This document shows, piece by piece, positions 50,484-60,507 of a stretch of 64,000 nt of DNA. The stretch covers positions 6,356 through 70,355 of the forward strand of contig RXJC01000024.1 in the NCBI GenBank assembly GCA_003963435.1, read 5' to 3'. How positions within the stretch are numbered: position 1 is the stretch's first letter; each line of letters begins with the position of its first letter. The notes under the pieces were generated by a model that had not been told where the DNA came from, did no database searches, and saw only the letters and a program-made list of their open reading frames with translations. Both the position numbers and the translations under genes were made by a program. The DNA is from Bradyrhizobiaceae bacterium (lineage in GTDB: Bacteria; Pseudomonadota; Alphaproteobacteria; Rhizobiales; Xanthobacteraceae).

Positions 50484-51578
50484 TCACCAGCCGTTTGCCG
50501 CCGAGATCACCCGGCGGATTTCCGTTTCTTCCATGCCATTGAAACACGGAATCGTCACGATCTCCCTGGCGAGCGTCTCGGTCTCGATCAGCTCCGCAGC
50601 GATGCGTCCCTCATAGGCCGGCTGACGGTGATCCGGAATCGGATAGTGGATGTCGGTGGCGATGCCGTTCAGGTCCAGGTGACGACGAAAGCGATCACGA
50701 TCTTCGCAGCGCACAACGAAAAGGTGGGCCACATGGTCGGCTCCCATTGGCTGGAGGCGCCGGATGCTCGGGTGTCTGATTTCATCGACATAGCGGCGGG
50801 CGATGTTGCGCCGCTCTTCATTCCAGGCGTCCAGATGAGGCAGCTTTGCCGAGAGCAGCGCAGCCTGCATCTCGTCAAGCCGGCTATTTCGGCCGCCGGT
50901 GCGGCTCACGCGATATTTCTGATCCCAACCATATTGGCGCAGCTCGCGCAGCCGTGTGGCAAACGCCGGATCGTCCGTCGTGATGGCCCCGGCGTCGCCG
51001 AGAGCGCCGAGATTCTTGGTCGGATAGAAGCTGAAGCAGCCTGCCTTGCCGAAACTGCCCGCCAGCTTGCCGTTGCGGCGCGCACCGTGAGCCTGGGCGC
51101 AATCTTCAATCACGACAATGCCTCTCATGCCACAGTACGACACGATGGCCTCGATCTCGGCAAGCTGGCCGTACAGATGCGTCACCACCACGGCGGCAAC
51201 GGGTCGGCCTTCGAGCGCACGCTGCAGCGAAGCGAGCGCCATGAGCTGCGTTGTTGGATCGACGTCGACATACAGTGGCTCAGCCCCGATCGCCTGGATC
51301 GCCGTGCTGCTGTAAAATCCCGCATTCGCGACCGTAGCAACCGCGTCGCCTGCCTTCACGCCGGCTGCGCGCAACGCAAGCTCGATCGCATCGGTCCCGT
51401 TGGCGACCCCGATGGCGTGTCGCACGGAACAATAAGCGGCGAAGCCTGCCTCGAAACGCGCGCCTTCCTCCCCATGGATGAACCAACCCCGATCGATCAC
51501 CCGGCTGGCGGACGCAACGAGATCATCGCGGATCGAATTATTCTGCCGAAGGAGGTCGTTCAGCGGAACGCGCTGCAT
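50484..51578 (-). CDS. DegT-family aminotransferase (FdtB/QdtB-like)
   Basis: NGTDA, HLYGQ, EDCAQAHG, SFYPTKNLGALGDAG, NSRLDE.QAA. Confidence 0.9.
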   Translation of the reverse strand: MQRVPLNDLLRQNNSIRDDLVASASRVIDRGWFIHGEEGARFEAGFAAYCSVRHAIGVANGTDAIELALRAAGVKAGDAVATVANAGFYSSTAIQAIGAEPLYVDVDPTTQLMALASLQRALEGRPVAAVVVTHLYGQLAEIEAIVSYCGMRGIVVIEDCAQAHGARRNGKLAGSFGKAGCFSFYPTKNLGALGDAGAITTDDPAFATRLRELRQYGWDQKYRVSRTGGRNSRLDEMQAALLSAKLPHLDAWNEERRNIARRYVDEIRHPSIRRLQPMGADHVAHLFVVRCEDRDRFRRHLDLNGIATDIHYPIPDHRQPAYEGRIAAELIETETLAREIVTIPCFNGMEETEIRRVISAANGW

Positions 51579-51706
51579 GATCGTTTCGTGAGGATGACGC
51601 GTGACATGCGCTAAGCAATGCCACTCTATCGGCCCCTAGGCAAGGCTGCCGGGCACGGCAAAAGCAAGGCCCATTGCGCGCGATCGACCTTCGCATTCCC
51701 CGGGCC

Positions 51707-53287
51707 CTAACATGGAATCGAGCTGAGAAGACGCTGCCGCCAGCGTGCCCTCAGCAGCGGACTGATCGCGCAAGCCATCACGGCCAGCCAGATCGCGCAT
51801 TGGACGACGAAATGCACAAGCCCGCTCCCCGGCACGAGTGCGGTGACCGCCTGACCGACCAGCCAGCCCGATGCCAGGATGCCGACGCCCATGAGCAGCA
51901 GCAAGGCGATATGCCTGAACGGATGATGCAGGGTCTGGCGCATGACCATCAGCGCGAGCAATCCGAACTGGATGAGGATGTCGCTGGCGACCACGGCGAG
52001 CGCGGCCCCGAGCGGTCCCAGCCGCGGAATCAGGGCGAAGGCCAGCGCCAGGAAGACCACGAGCTGGAGACCCTTGGTCCGGATCAGAAGATCGCCGCGA
52101 TTGCTGTAATTGGCAAAGACCAGGGCCAGCAGCGATGGCGCGACGGCCGCCGAGCCGAGCAGCAGCGTCACCGTGAGCGGCGCGTCATAGGGAATGCTGC
52201 CATGAGTCCATAACGCGAAGAAGTCCGGCCAGAACGGCAGCAGGCCCGCGACGATCAGGCAGGCAAGGCCGGTCACGAACACCGAGCCATGGGCGTAGAG
52301 CCGGCGCAACCGGTCCTTGTCGCCGACCGCATGGTCGTGGCCGAGCTCCGCGGCGAGCGGCAGCGTCACCTGGAGGCACAGGCCGCGCACCAGGCTCGCG
52401 ATCACGCGCGTCAGGCCCCATTGCGCCACCGCGACACGGTTCGTCACCAGCGCGGAGACGAGCAGCACCGGAACGTTGACGAGCGCAAGCTCGGTGGCAT
52501 TGGCGACCGCGAAGGGCACCGCGCGGCTGAACTGCCCGAGGCTCCAGCGCAGCGACGGTGAAGCCAACGGCGGCTTGCCGGCACGGCGCAGGAACGGAAA
52601 CAGTCGCGGCGCGTCGAATGCCGCGAGCAGGACCGCGAACAAAAGCTGCATCGACACGAAGGCGGTCGCGACCGCAAGCAGGCTGCCGAACCAGGCGAGC
52701 GCCGCGAGCTGGGCGATCTGTCCGATCAGCAGCGCGGCGTTTTGCAGCCAGACCGTCCTGCCATACCGGCCGTGGACCCGATAGAGACCGGAGACGAGGT
52801 TTGCGGGCACGGTCAGAAGCATGCCCAGAATCATCACCAGCATCGCGGCATCGAAGGTCGGCGCGGATTGAAAGCCGAGCACGGTCGAAGGCGGCGCAAG
52901 CACCACCGCCGCGCACAGCAGGACACCGAGCACCGCCACGAGGGCGAGATAGATCCGCAGCAGCGCCGAATAGAAGCTCGCCGTGCGCCCGTCGCAGTCG
53001 GCGCAAGCCTTGAAGGCGAGAAAGCGGTTGATCGCGCGGAGTTGCAATCCGGCATCTGCCACGACGACGAGACTTCCCGCCGCATAGATCGCGAGCCAGG
53101 CCGCGAGCATGTCGCCGCTCCAGACATGCAGGAAGGCGGGGATGAGCAGCAGCTGCTGGGACAGCCCGAGCGCCATCTGGACCAGATTGGCGGACCAGCC
53201 CTGCAAGAGACGGCGGGTGCGACCGATGCCGCCAGGTCTGCTCGAGCCGCCAGCCGGGCCGGGCACGTCAATTCGCTCGTCGGTCAA
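51707..53287 (-). CDS. MOP-superfamily (Wzx-like) flippase
   Basis: Many TMs and a DAGL motif. TTG start with GGAAGGA RBS. The upstream part of the 850-aa ORF overlaps gspN and was excluded. Confidence 0.65.
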   Translation of the reverse strand: MTDERIDVPGPAGGSSRPGGIGRTRRLLQGWSANLVQMALGLSQQLLLIPAFLHVWSGDMLAAWLAIYAAGSLVVVADAGLQLRAINRFLAFKACADCDGRTASFYSALLRIYLALVAVLGVLLCAAVVLAPPSTVLGFQSAPTFDAAMLVMILGMLLTVPANLVSGLYRVHGRYGRTVWLQNAALLIGQIAQLAALAWFGSLLAVATAFVSMQLLFAVLLAAFDAPRLFPFLRRAGKPPLASPSLRWSLGQFSRAVPFAVANATELALVNVPVLLVSALVTNRVAVAQWGLTRVIASLVRGLCLQVTLPLAAELGHDHAVGDKDRLRRLYAHGSVFVTGLACLIVAGLLPFWPDFFALWTHGSIPYDAPLTVTLLLGSAAVAPSLLALVFANYSNRGDLLIRTKGLQLVVFLALAFALIPRLGPLGAALAVVASDILIQFGLLALMVMRQTLHHPFRHIALLLLMGVGILASGWLVGQAVTALVPGSGLVHFVVQCAIWLAVMACAISPLLRARWRQRLLSSIPC

Positions 53288-53334
53288 GCCGCGTCCTTCC
53301 CGACAGGCAGTCGGCCCGGCGCGCCCACCAGCGC

Positions 53335-54015
53335 TCAGAGCCCATCCGACTCGCCGTTCTTCGGTGTCGAACGCGGCACGAACGGCGCGAAGGACGGATC
53401 GGCCGGGCCCTGCATCGTCAGCTTGCCTCCGGCATCTGCGGGCGGGCTCGCGGCAGCGGCTGCGTCCGGCCGCTGCAGCGCGAGCACCTCGCTGCGCTCG
53501 CCCTGCTTGAACGTCACCTCGCGCGGCTGCACCGACGTCAGCGACCAGCCGCCGAGCGATTCGCCCTGCCGCAGACGCACCACCTTCTGATCGATGCGGT
53601 TGACCAGAATTGCGATCGCATCGCCCTCGCCCACCACGGCCCCGACCAGCAGCAATGGCGGCGGAGCCTCGACCGGCTTGAGCGGCGGCGCGGGGCTTTC
53701 CTCGACCGGCGAGGCGGCGACCGCGCGCGGCGGCGGCCGGCGCATCGCCGAGAAGATCGGGCGCTCCTGGGTCGCCGTCAGCGCCGAGAGCGGCACCGAC
53801 CACAACGGATTGCCGCGAGGAACGGCCTTGGCTGGCGATTGCTGCGCAGGCCGAGCGATCGGTCGCATCGTTCCGACGTCGATACTGTCGGCAGGATTGC
53901 CCGCCGCGTCGTCCGACAGGACATCCATGCGCGGCGAGGTGGCCGCCATGGCGCCGGCAGCGCCCAGAACCACGCAGAGCACGGCCAATCCTGTCGGCCT
54001 CAGCCACCCGGACAT
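53335..54015 (-). CDS. gspN: Type II secretion protein GspN (XpsN-like)
   Basis: GNPLW.VPL..LTAT.ERPIFS..RRPP, Pro-rich linker, L.LVGAV, RLRQGE.LGGW.L. Confidence 0.7.
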   Translation of the reverse strand: MSGWLRPTGLAVLCVVLGAAGAMAATSPRMDVLSDDAAGNPADSIDVGTMRPIARPAQQSPAKAVPRGNPLWSVPLSALTATQERPIFSAMRRPPPRAVAASPVEESPAPPLKPVEAPPPLLLVGAVVGEGDAIAILVNRIDQKVVRLRQGESLGGWSLTSVQPREVTFKQGERSEVLALQRPDAAAAASPPADAGGKLTMQGPADPSFAPFVPRSTPKNGESDGL

Positions 54016-54342
54016 CGATATTCCCCTGCGACCACAGGCCGCCGCGCCGCGCCGACGGCGGCCTCCGCGCCAAACTAGTTCCGATCCAGGGCGCCATCAA
54101 CCCACACGTCCCAGCCCCCAACCACGTGGATCCCGTCCCGCATCCGTTGCAGCGCATGAATATGTTGCCCGTCAGCCACGATGGCCGAAAATGCAAGCGG
54201 AACAGGCAGGAACCCGGCGCAAATGGATGTCCGTTCATTGCCGGGGATTGCAGCGCCATGAGAACATGACGTGGGCGTCGGGCAAGGTACGCGCCCTGGT
54301 TGCATGCTTACGATCATTTTTTTGCTGATTTGAGAAGAACGG

Positions 54343-57300
54343 ATGGCCGGACCGACAAGAGCAGGTGGGCGGATCGGATACGGGCTGCGATCCGTCGTGC
54401 GCGGCTCCTTGGCAACGCTTCTTGCTACCACTGCGCTCGGTGTGGTCGCCGCCCATGCCGTGGACGGCACCTGGACCGGCGGTTCCTCGGATTGGACCGA
54501 TCCGACCAACTGGTCGTCCAACCCGAGCGTGCCCGACGCGACCGCGACCTTCAGCAACACCGGAAGCACGGCGGTCGACAACAACAACGGCGTCGTCAGC
54601 ATCGGCACGATCCAGTTCGCGAACACCTCGCAGGCCTATACGTTCACGCTCGGCAACCCGTTCATCGTCAACGCCACGGGTATCATCAACAACGATACGG
54701 TGAATACCCAGAACTTCGAGGTCACCTCCGGCAACAATCTGGTGTTCCAGAACAGCAGCACCGCAAGCGGCGGCGCCGGACTCGTGATCATCACGAATGA
54801 CGTCGGCGGCAACGTCAACTTCATCCAGGACAGCACGGCCGGAGCGGCACGCCTCGTCAACAACGGCTTCGTCACCTTCGAGGATTCGGCCTCTGCGGGC
54901 AGCGCCCAGATCACCAACAACGCCACCGGTCAAATCGATTTCTTCACCAACGCCTCGGCCGGCACGGCCACGATCAACAACGGCGCAGGCGGAGTGCTGA
55001 GCTTCCACAACACCACCACCGCCGCGACCTCGACCATCATCAACGACGGAACCGTGAACTTCGACGGCTCCGCCACCGCAGGCGGCGCCACGATCACCAC
55101 CAACAACGGCGCAACGACGAGTTTCAGCGGGTCGGCGAACGGCGGCAGCGCCAAGTTCGTCACCAATGCCGGCGGCACCGTCGACATCTCGGGCCTGACC
55201 AGCGGCGGAATGACGTCCGGTTCGATCGAAGGCGCCGGCAACTACGTTCTCGGCGCCAACGCGCTCACCACCGGCAGCCTCAATACATCGACCCAGGTCG
55301 ACGGTGTGATCTCCGGCGCCGGCGGCGGCCTGACCAAGGTCGGAACCGGCACGCTGACGCTGACCGGCACTAACACCTATACCGGCGCCACGACGATCTC
55401 GGCCGGAACGCTGGCCATCTCCGGCTTCGGCAGCATCTCGACATCCAGCGTCGTCACGGTGGATGCGACGTTCGACATCTCGGCATCTTCGGTTGCGTTC
55501 AACGCCATCACGACGCTTGCCGGCGGCGCAAGCGGCGTCGTCAACATGGGCGGCAACGGGCTGGTGATGACCAACGCCTCGACCGAATTCGCGGGCGTGA
55601 TCCAGGGCACCGGCGGGGTCGAGATCCTCGGCGGCACGCAGACGCTCTCAGGCGTGAACACTTATTCGAACGCCACCCAGATCGATGCCGGCGCCACGTT
55701 GGCGCTGAAGGGAGCCGGCTCGATCGCGAGCTCGGCATTCGTCTCGTTCAGCGCACCGAACGCCACGCTCGACATCTCGCAGACGACCTCCGGCACATCG
55801 GTCCGCGGTCTGGGTTCGCCGGGCGGCAGCGGCATCGTCGCGCTCGGATCCAAGACGCTGACGATCACGTCCGGCAGCACGTTCGGCGGCGTGATCCAGG
55901 ACGGCGGCATTGCCGGTGGCAGCGGCGGCAGCGTCGTCATCGCGAGCGGTGCCGTTCAGGCGCTAGGAGGCGTCAACACTTATACCGGAGCGACCACGAT
56001 CCAGGCCCTCGGCGAGCTCGACCTCGTCAACTCCGGGGGCACCGATGGCAGCATCGCGACATCGAGCAACGTCGTGGTCAACGGCACGTTCGACATCACG
56101 GCCCTCAACGCCGGCACCTCGATCAAGTCGCTGTCGGGGTCCGGCAATGTCCATCTCGGCGTCAATACGCTGACGATCACGGCCGGCAACGGCACCTTCG
56201 CCGGTGTCATCGACGAAAGCGGCGGCAGCGCCGGGCTCACGATTACCGGCGGCACGCAAACCCTTACGGGCGCGAGTACCTATAGTGGCTTTACCACCGT
56301 CGCCGGCGGCACGCTGGTGGTGGACGGCTCGCTCCTGAATAGCCCAGTCAGCGTGAATACAGGCGGCACGCTCGCCGGCATTGGCGCGGTCGCCGGCATT
56401 GGGGTGAACGGCGGAACCCTTGCCCCAGGCAGTGCCGCAAACCCGTACGGCACACTCAGCGTCACCGGATCTGTCACCTTCACTGCCGCCTCGACCTATC
56501 AGGTCCAGGTCTCCTCGACGAATGCCAGCCTCACCCAGGCCACCGGTTCAAGCGACCTCGGCGGCGCAACGGTGCGCGCGAATCTTGGAACCGGCACGCT
56601 CAAGAAGCAGTACGCGATTTTTTACGCCGCAGGCGGCCTCCTCGGCAGCACCTTCAATCCGACCGTCGTCTCCAACATGCCGACGGTCAATGCGACGCTG
56701 AGCTACGACGCCTTGACTGCGTATCTCAACATCGGCGTCAATTTCACGCCCTCTGGCGGCGGCCTCACCATCAACCAGCAGAACGTCGCGAACACGCTGA
56801 CCAACTTCTTCAACAGCACCGGCGGCATTCCCGCGGCCTTCGCGGCATTGACGCCGGCGGGGCTGACCACGGCCTCCGGTGAGCTCGGCACAGGAATCAT
56901 CCAGTCGGCGATCAATGCCGACGGCCAGTTCCTGAACCTGATGCTCGACCCGACCGTCGTCGGGCGCAGCGGCGGCTTCGCCAAGGCAGGCAGCGTCGCG
57001 CAGTTTGCCGAGAGCGACGACGCAGCCGCCTACGCCTCGATGCGGCCGGCCACCGCGCGCGAGCGCGAGGCTTATGCGATGGCGACCAAGGCGCCGCTGC
57101 TGTCCTCGCAGCCGAGCAGCCGATGGAGCGTCTGGGCGGCCGGCTATGGCGGCTCGGCCGAGGTCGGCGGCAATGCGCAGGTCGGCTCGCAGGACCTGAC
57201 CGCGCGGGTCTGGGGCGGCGCGGCCGGTGCCGACTACCGCCTCTCGGTGGACACGCTGGTCGGTTTTGCGCTCGGCGGCGGCGGCCTGAACTACTCGCTC

Positions 57301-57960
57301 GCCAATGCGATGGGCTCGGGCTCGGCCGACCTGTTCCAGGCCGGCGTCTACGGCCGGCACAATGTCGGACCGGCCTACGTCTCGGCCGCGCTTGCCTATG
57401 GCTGGCACGACGTCACCACCAACCGCTCCGTGGCGCTCGCCGGGCTCGACCAGCTCCAGGGCCGCTTCAAGGCCGACACGTTCTCGGCCCGCTTCGAGGG
57501 CGGCTATCGCTTCACGACACCGCTGATCGGCATCACGCCCTATGCCGCGGCGCAGGTGACGAACTTCAACCTGCCGAATTACTCCGAAGTCAGCCTCAAC
57601 GGCGGCGGCCTGTTCGCCCTGAACTACGCGTCGCAATCGCTGACCGATACCCGCTCCGAGCTCGGCTTGCGCACCGACAAGTCCTACGCCATGCAGAACG
57701 GCGTGCTGACGCTGCGCGGCCGCGCTGCCTGGGCGCACGACTACAACCCGAACCGCGCCGTTACCGCGCTGTTCCAGACCTTGCCGGGCACCAGCTTCGT
57801 CGTGAACGGCGCCAGGGTCGACGCCGACTCCGCGCTCGTGAGCGGCAGCGCCGAAATGAAATGGCTGAGCGGCTTCTCCATCGCCGGCACCTTCGACGGC
57901 GAGTTCTCCGGCAACGTCACCAGCTATTCCGGCAAGGGCGTGTTCAAGTATTCCTGGTGA
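54343..57960 (+). CDS. Autotransporter (type Va) with repeat-rich passenger
   Basis: Signal peptide (LLATTAL..AHA). G/T/S/N-rich passenger with LTKVGTGTLTLTGTNTYTGATTI repeats. C-terminal barrel ending FKYSW. Confidence 0.93.
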   Translation: MAGPTRAGGRIGYGLRSVVRGSLATLLATTALGVVAAHAVDGTWTGGSSDWTDPTNWSSNPSVPDATATFSNTGSTAVDNNNGVVSIGTIQFANTSQAYTFTLGNPFIVNATGIINNDTVNTQNFEVTSGNNLVFQNSSTASGGAGLVIITNDVGGNVNFIQDSTAGAARLVNNGFVTFEDSASAGSAQITNNATGQIDFFTNASAGTATINNGAGGVLSFHNTTTAATSTIINDGTVNFDGSATAGGATITTNNGATTSFSGSANGGSAKFVTNAGGTVDISGLTSGGMTSGSIEGAGNYVLGANALTTGSLNTSTQVDGVISGAGGGLTKVGTGTLTLTGTNTYTGATTISAGTLAISGFGSISTSSVVTVDATFDISASSVAFNAITTLAGGASGVVNMGGNGLVMTNASTEFAGVIQGTGGVEILGGTQTLSGVNTYSNATQIDAGATLALKGAGSIASSAFVSFSAPNATLDISQTTSGTSVRGLGSPGGSGIVALGSKTLTITSGSTFGGVIQDGGIAGGSGGSVVIASGAVQALGGVNTYTGATTIQALGELDLVNSGGTDGSIATSSNVVVNGTFDITALNAGTSIKSLSGSGNVHLGVNTLTITAGNGTFAGVIDESGGSAGLTITGGTQTLTGASTYSGFTTVAGGTLVVDGSLLNSPVSVNTGGTLAGIGAVAGIGVNGGTLAPGSAANPYGTLSVTGSVTFTAASTYQVQVSSTNASLTQATGSSDLGGATVRANLGTGTLKKQYAIFYAAGGLLGSTFNPTVVSNMPTVNATLSYDALTAYLNIGVNFTPSGGGLTINQQNVANTLTNFFNSTGGIPAAFAALTPAGLTTASGELGTGIIQSAINADGQFLNLMLDPTVVGRSGGFAKAGSVAQFAESDDAAAYASMRPATAREREAYAMATKAPLLSSQPSSRWSVWAAGYGGSAEVGGNAQVGSQDLTARVWGGAAGADYRLSVDTLVGFALGGGGLNYSLANAMGSGSADLFQAGVYGRHNVGPAYVSAALAYGWHDVTTNRSVALAGLDQLQGRFKADTFSARFEGGYRFTTPLIGITPYAAAQVTNFNLPNYSEVSLNGGGLFALNYASQSLTDTRSELGLRTDKSYAMQNGVLTLRGRAAWAHDYNPNRAVTALFQTLPGTSFVVNGARVDADSALVSGSAEMKWLSGFSIAGTFDGEFSGNVTSYSGKGVFKYSW
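55327..56330 (+). repeat. Four degenerate passenger repeats (about 100-aa period) containing autotransporter-associated beta-strand motifs
   Basis: TLTGTNTYTGATTI / TLSGVNTYSNATQI / ALGGVNTYTGATTI / TLTGASTYSGFTTV. Confidence 0.75.
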
Positions 57961-57975
57961 GCCGGCAAGGCCGCC

Positions 57976-58557
57976 CTACTTCCCCGCCTGCCATTGGCCC
58001 GAGACGCCCAGGATCACCCTGACGCGGCCGCTGCCGGCGTCGTTCAGCGCCGTAGTTTGCGGCACCTGGACGTCGAGCTGATCGACGAACAGGAACGGCA
58101 TGCCGGCCTCGAGATCGTAGAGCAGCTTCTGCAGCGCCGGCTGCTCGAGCTCGCAACTCACGACGAGGCCGACGAAGCCGTCCTTGGTCTGCGCCGCGGA
58201 AACGTCAACCTGCGAGGACTGGACCTGGCCGCCGACATCGCCGACCGCGGCGGCAACCCGCTGCAACAAATTGGCGCCGGCGACCGTCACGGTCGGACCT
58301 TCCAGGAACGGCGTGCCGGGATGTTCGGCCATGGCGGCCGCGGTGTTCTTGGCGCCGCCCTTGCGGCCGCGAAACTGGTCGAGCAGGTCCGAGGTCTGCG
58401 CCAGGGCCTGGCGATGGGCGAGGATCTCGGCGATCGACAGCCCCGTCGTCAGCAGCAGCGCCCCGGCAATCGCCACATAGAGCGTCACCACGATCAGCGG
58501 CGAGCTCGCAAGCGCTCGCGCAACCACATTGCCGCCGGCGACCTTGGCGCTGCTCAT
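57976..58557 (-). CDS. gspM: Type II secretion protein GspM
   Basis: Single N-terminal TM, PFLEG.T.TVAGA.L, LQ.LLYDLE..PFLFVD. Operon position. Confidence 0.85.
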   Translation of the reverse strand: MSSAKVAGGNVVARALASSPLIVVTLYVAIAGALLLTTGLSIAEILAHRQALAQTSDLLDQFRGRKGGAKNTAAAMAEHPGTPFLEGPTVTVAGANLLQRVAAAVGDVGGQVQSSQVDVSAAQTKDGFVGLVVSCELEQPALQKLLYDLEAGMPFLFVDQLDVQVPQTTALNDAGSGRVRVILGVSGQWQAGK

Positions 58558-59591
58558 GGCACGTTCCTCGGTTCGATCTGCGCCTCGATGTGGAAGCGCT
58601 CGCCGGGATCGGAGGAGCTGCGCGTGGTCGGAGCGTAAAACGTCGCGCGGGTGAAGTGCTGCGACTGCTCGATCAAGGGGATCAGCGAAGGCGCATCGCG
58701 GGTGATGCCACCGATCTGCAGCTTGTTGCCCGCCAGATGCAGCTCGGTGACGTAAGTGTGGTCAGGCAGCACCCGGCTCAGCGTTTCCAGCACGATCACG
58801 CTCGCCGCCGTCTCGGACTTGCGGCGTTCGAGCTGCGCGAGCGGCGAGCGCTCGCCGCTATCGCTGCCGCGAAGCGCGGCGCGGCGCTGGGTGATCTGCC
58901 GTTCGAGCTCCCTCTCCTGGGCGCCGAGGCTGTCGGCCAGATAGCTTGCCGCCACCGATGCGATCACTGCGGCGACCGCGGCGAGAGCCAGCACCGCTTG
59001 CAGCGCCCGGCTCAGCCGCGCCGGATCGACCGCGCCGCGCGATCTCTGCTCGAACACCTTGATGCGCCCGCCCGCGGTCGCCTCCGTCGCGATCGCGACT
59101 GCCGACGGATGGAACTGCGACAATGCCTCGACATAGCTCATCGCGAGCTTGCGCGGCGCGGCGGCGATTTCCGTGGTGATGCTGTCGCTGCCGTGCGGCA
59201 CTGGGGCACGGCAGCCGAACACCGCTTCGCTCGCGGTCCACGGCGTCAGCCGGTCGATCTGCGCGCGCACGATGCCGTCGAGGAAATCGGCCGCGCGTGC
59301 CGGCAGCTCCAGCGGACGAAACAGGAAGCGCTGCGGTCGCAGCACGATCTCGACGCGGCTGCCGCGAACGATCTGCGCGAGATCGGCGCTCGCAAACTTG
59401 CCATCCTCGAACGCGATCTCCTTCGGACCGTTCTCCGCCTTCGCCACCTCCACCGCGAACGCGCCGGTCTCACTTTCGACCAGCCGCACCACCCGCGGCG
59501 ACACGATCCGCTCCAGGGCGCGAACGAGCGCCCCGGCCACGGTCCCGGTCCAGGCATCGAGAATGGCACGAAGGGGTTCGAGCGAGCTCAT
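58554..59591 (-). CDS. gspL: Type II secretion protein GspL (PilN domain)
   Basis: FRPLELP..A, QIDRLTPW, TM, LPD.TY, ERF.I.A. Confidence 0.85.
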   Translation of the reverse strand: MSSLEPLRAILDAWTGTVAGALVRALERIVSPRVVRLVESETGAFAVEVAKAENGPKEIAFEDGKFASADLAQIVRGSRVEIVLRPQRFLFRPLELPARAADFLDGIVRAQIDRLTPWTASEAVFGCRAPVPHGSDSITTEIAAAPRKLAMSYVEALSQFHPSAVAIATEATAGGRIKVFEQRSRGAVDPARLSRALQAVLALAAVAAVIASVAASYLADSLGAQERELERQITQRRAALRGSDSGERSPLAQLERRKSETAASVIVLETLSRVLPDHTYVTELHLAGNKLQIGGITRDAPSLIPLIEQSQHFTRATFYAPTTRSSSDPGERFHIEAQIEPRNVP

Positions 59592-59592
59592 C

Positions 59593-60507
59593 TCACAGGG
59601 GCTTTCCGGCGGAGCCGTCGATGGCGCTGTGCCACGACAATACACGATACGGCTCGTCGCCGCTGTCGAGAAGCAGGATCACGATCTCGGCCGAGCTCCG
59701 TCGATGCGAGGGGGCTTCGACCACGACCGTCAACCGGTACGCCTTCGAGCCCTCGACCGTCGCGTTGGCGGCGCCGGCAAGCCCGACCAGGGCCCGGGAA
59801 TCGACGTTGGGGTCGGCGCGGTCGCGAAGCACCTGCTGCAATAGCCCCGGCGACATTCCGGGCAGTGCCGCCACCACCTGCGGCGCGGCGTCGAGCACGT
59901 TCACCGTCCGCATGTTGCTGAACACGGTGACGAAGGGCAGCGCGCGCTCCACGACGGCGGCCGGAATGCCGCGCACCAGCCAGAGCTCGTCGCTGTGCGG
60001 AAACGGCGCGTGGCGCGGCAGATAGGGCGCGCCGAGCGTGCGATAATAGGAATCCTCCGGATTGTCCTGGCCGGGCTCCGTCGACGAGCGCCAAGCGAGG
60101 ATCCGGTCCGCATAGACGGCTGCGTCCGTCGCGGAGGCGCCGAGCGCCGTCATCAGACCCGACAGCAGCGGCTTCGGCGCCATGTTGAGATCGACGCGCG
60201 CGGCCTCCGAGCGGAACGTCACACTCACCCGACCGGCGCCGACCCGCGCATTGAAGGTGCCGCTGGTCGGGCGCGACGCCTCGCTCCGTGCCGTCAGCCT
60301 GTAGGCCGCCAGCTCGATTCCGGCGTTCACCAGCGCATCGGCCTGCAGCCTGTCGGCATTGACGGCGACTGTAACCGCCGTGTTGGTGACGTAGGTCAGA
60401 TAGATCAGCGCGAGCGCCGCCAGCGCGGCCAGCATCCAGAGCACCGCGACGACGATGAAGCCGCGGTCGTCGCGTAGCGTCGCATGGTCGTGCCGTGCTC
60501 CGCTCAA
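59593..60507 (-). CDS. gspK: Type II secretion minor pseudopilin GspK
   Basis: RGFIVVAVLW, EAARVDLN.A, EL.LVRG, VNVLDAAP. TTGA overlap with gspJ. Confidence 0.85.
   Translation of the reverse strand: MSGARHDHATLRDDRGFIVVAVLWMLAALAALALIYLTYVTNTAVTVAVNADRLQADALVNAGIELAAYRLTARSEASRPTSGTFNARVGAGRVSVTFRSEAARVDLNMAPKPLLSGLMTALGASATDAAVYADRILAWRSSTEPGQDNPEDSYYRTLGAPYLPRHAPFPHSDELWLVRGIPAAVVERALPFVTVFSNMRTVNVLDAAPQVVAALPGMSPGLLQQVLRDRADPNVDSRALVGLAGAANATVEGSKAYRLTVVVEAPSHRRSSAEIVILLLDSGDEPYRVLSWHSAIDGSAGKPL

Noticed and set aside
54037-54063. GGCCGCCG...CGGCGGCC inverted repeat upstream of gspN
   Set aside because: Short GC-only stem with no U-tract, expected by chance at this GC content.
53288-54259. 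850-aa version of the flippase suggesting a fusion
   Set aside because: The extension is an Arg/Ala/Gly-rich alternative frame of gspN. The TTG at 53287 has a good RBS.
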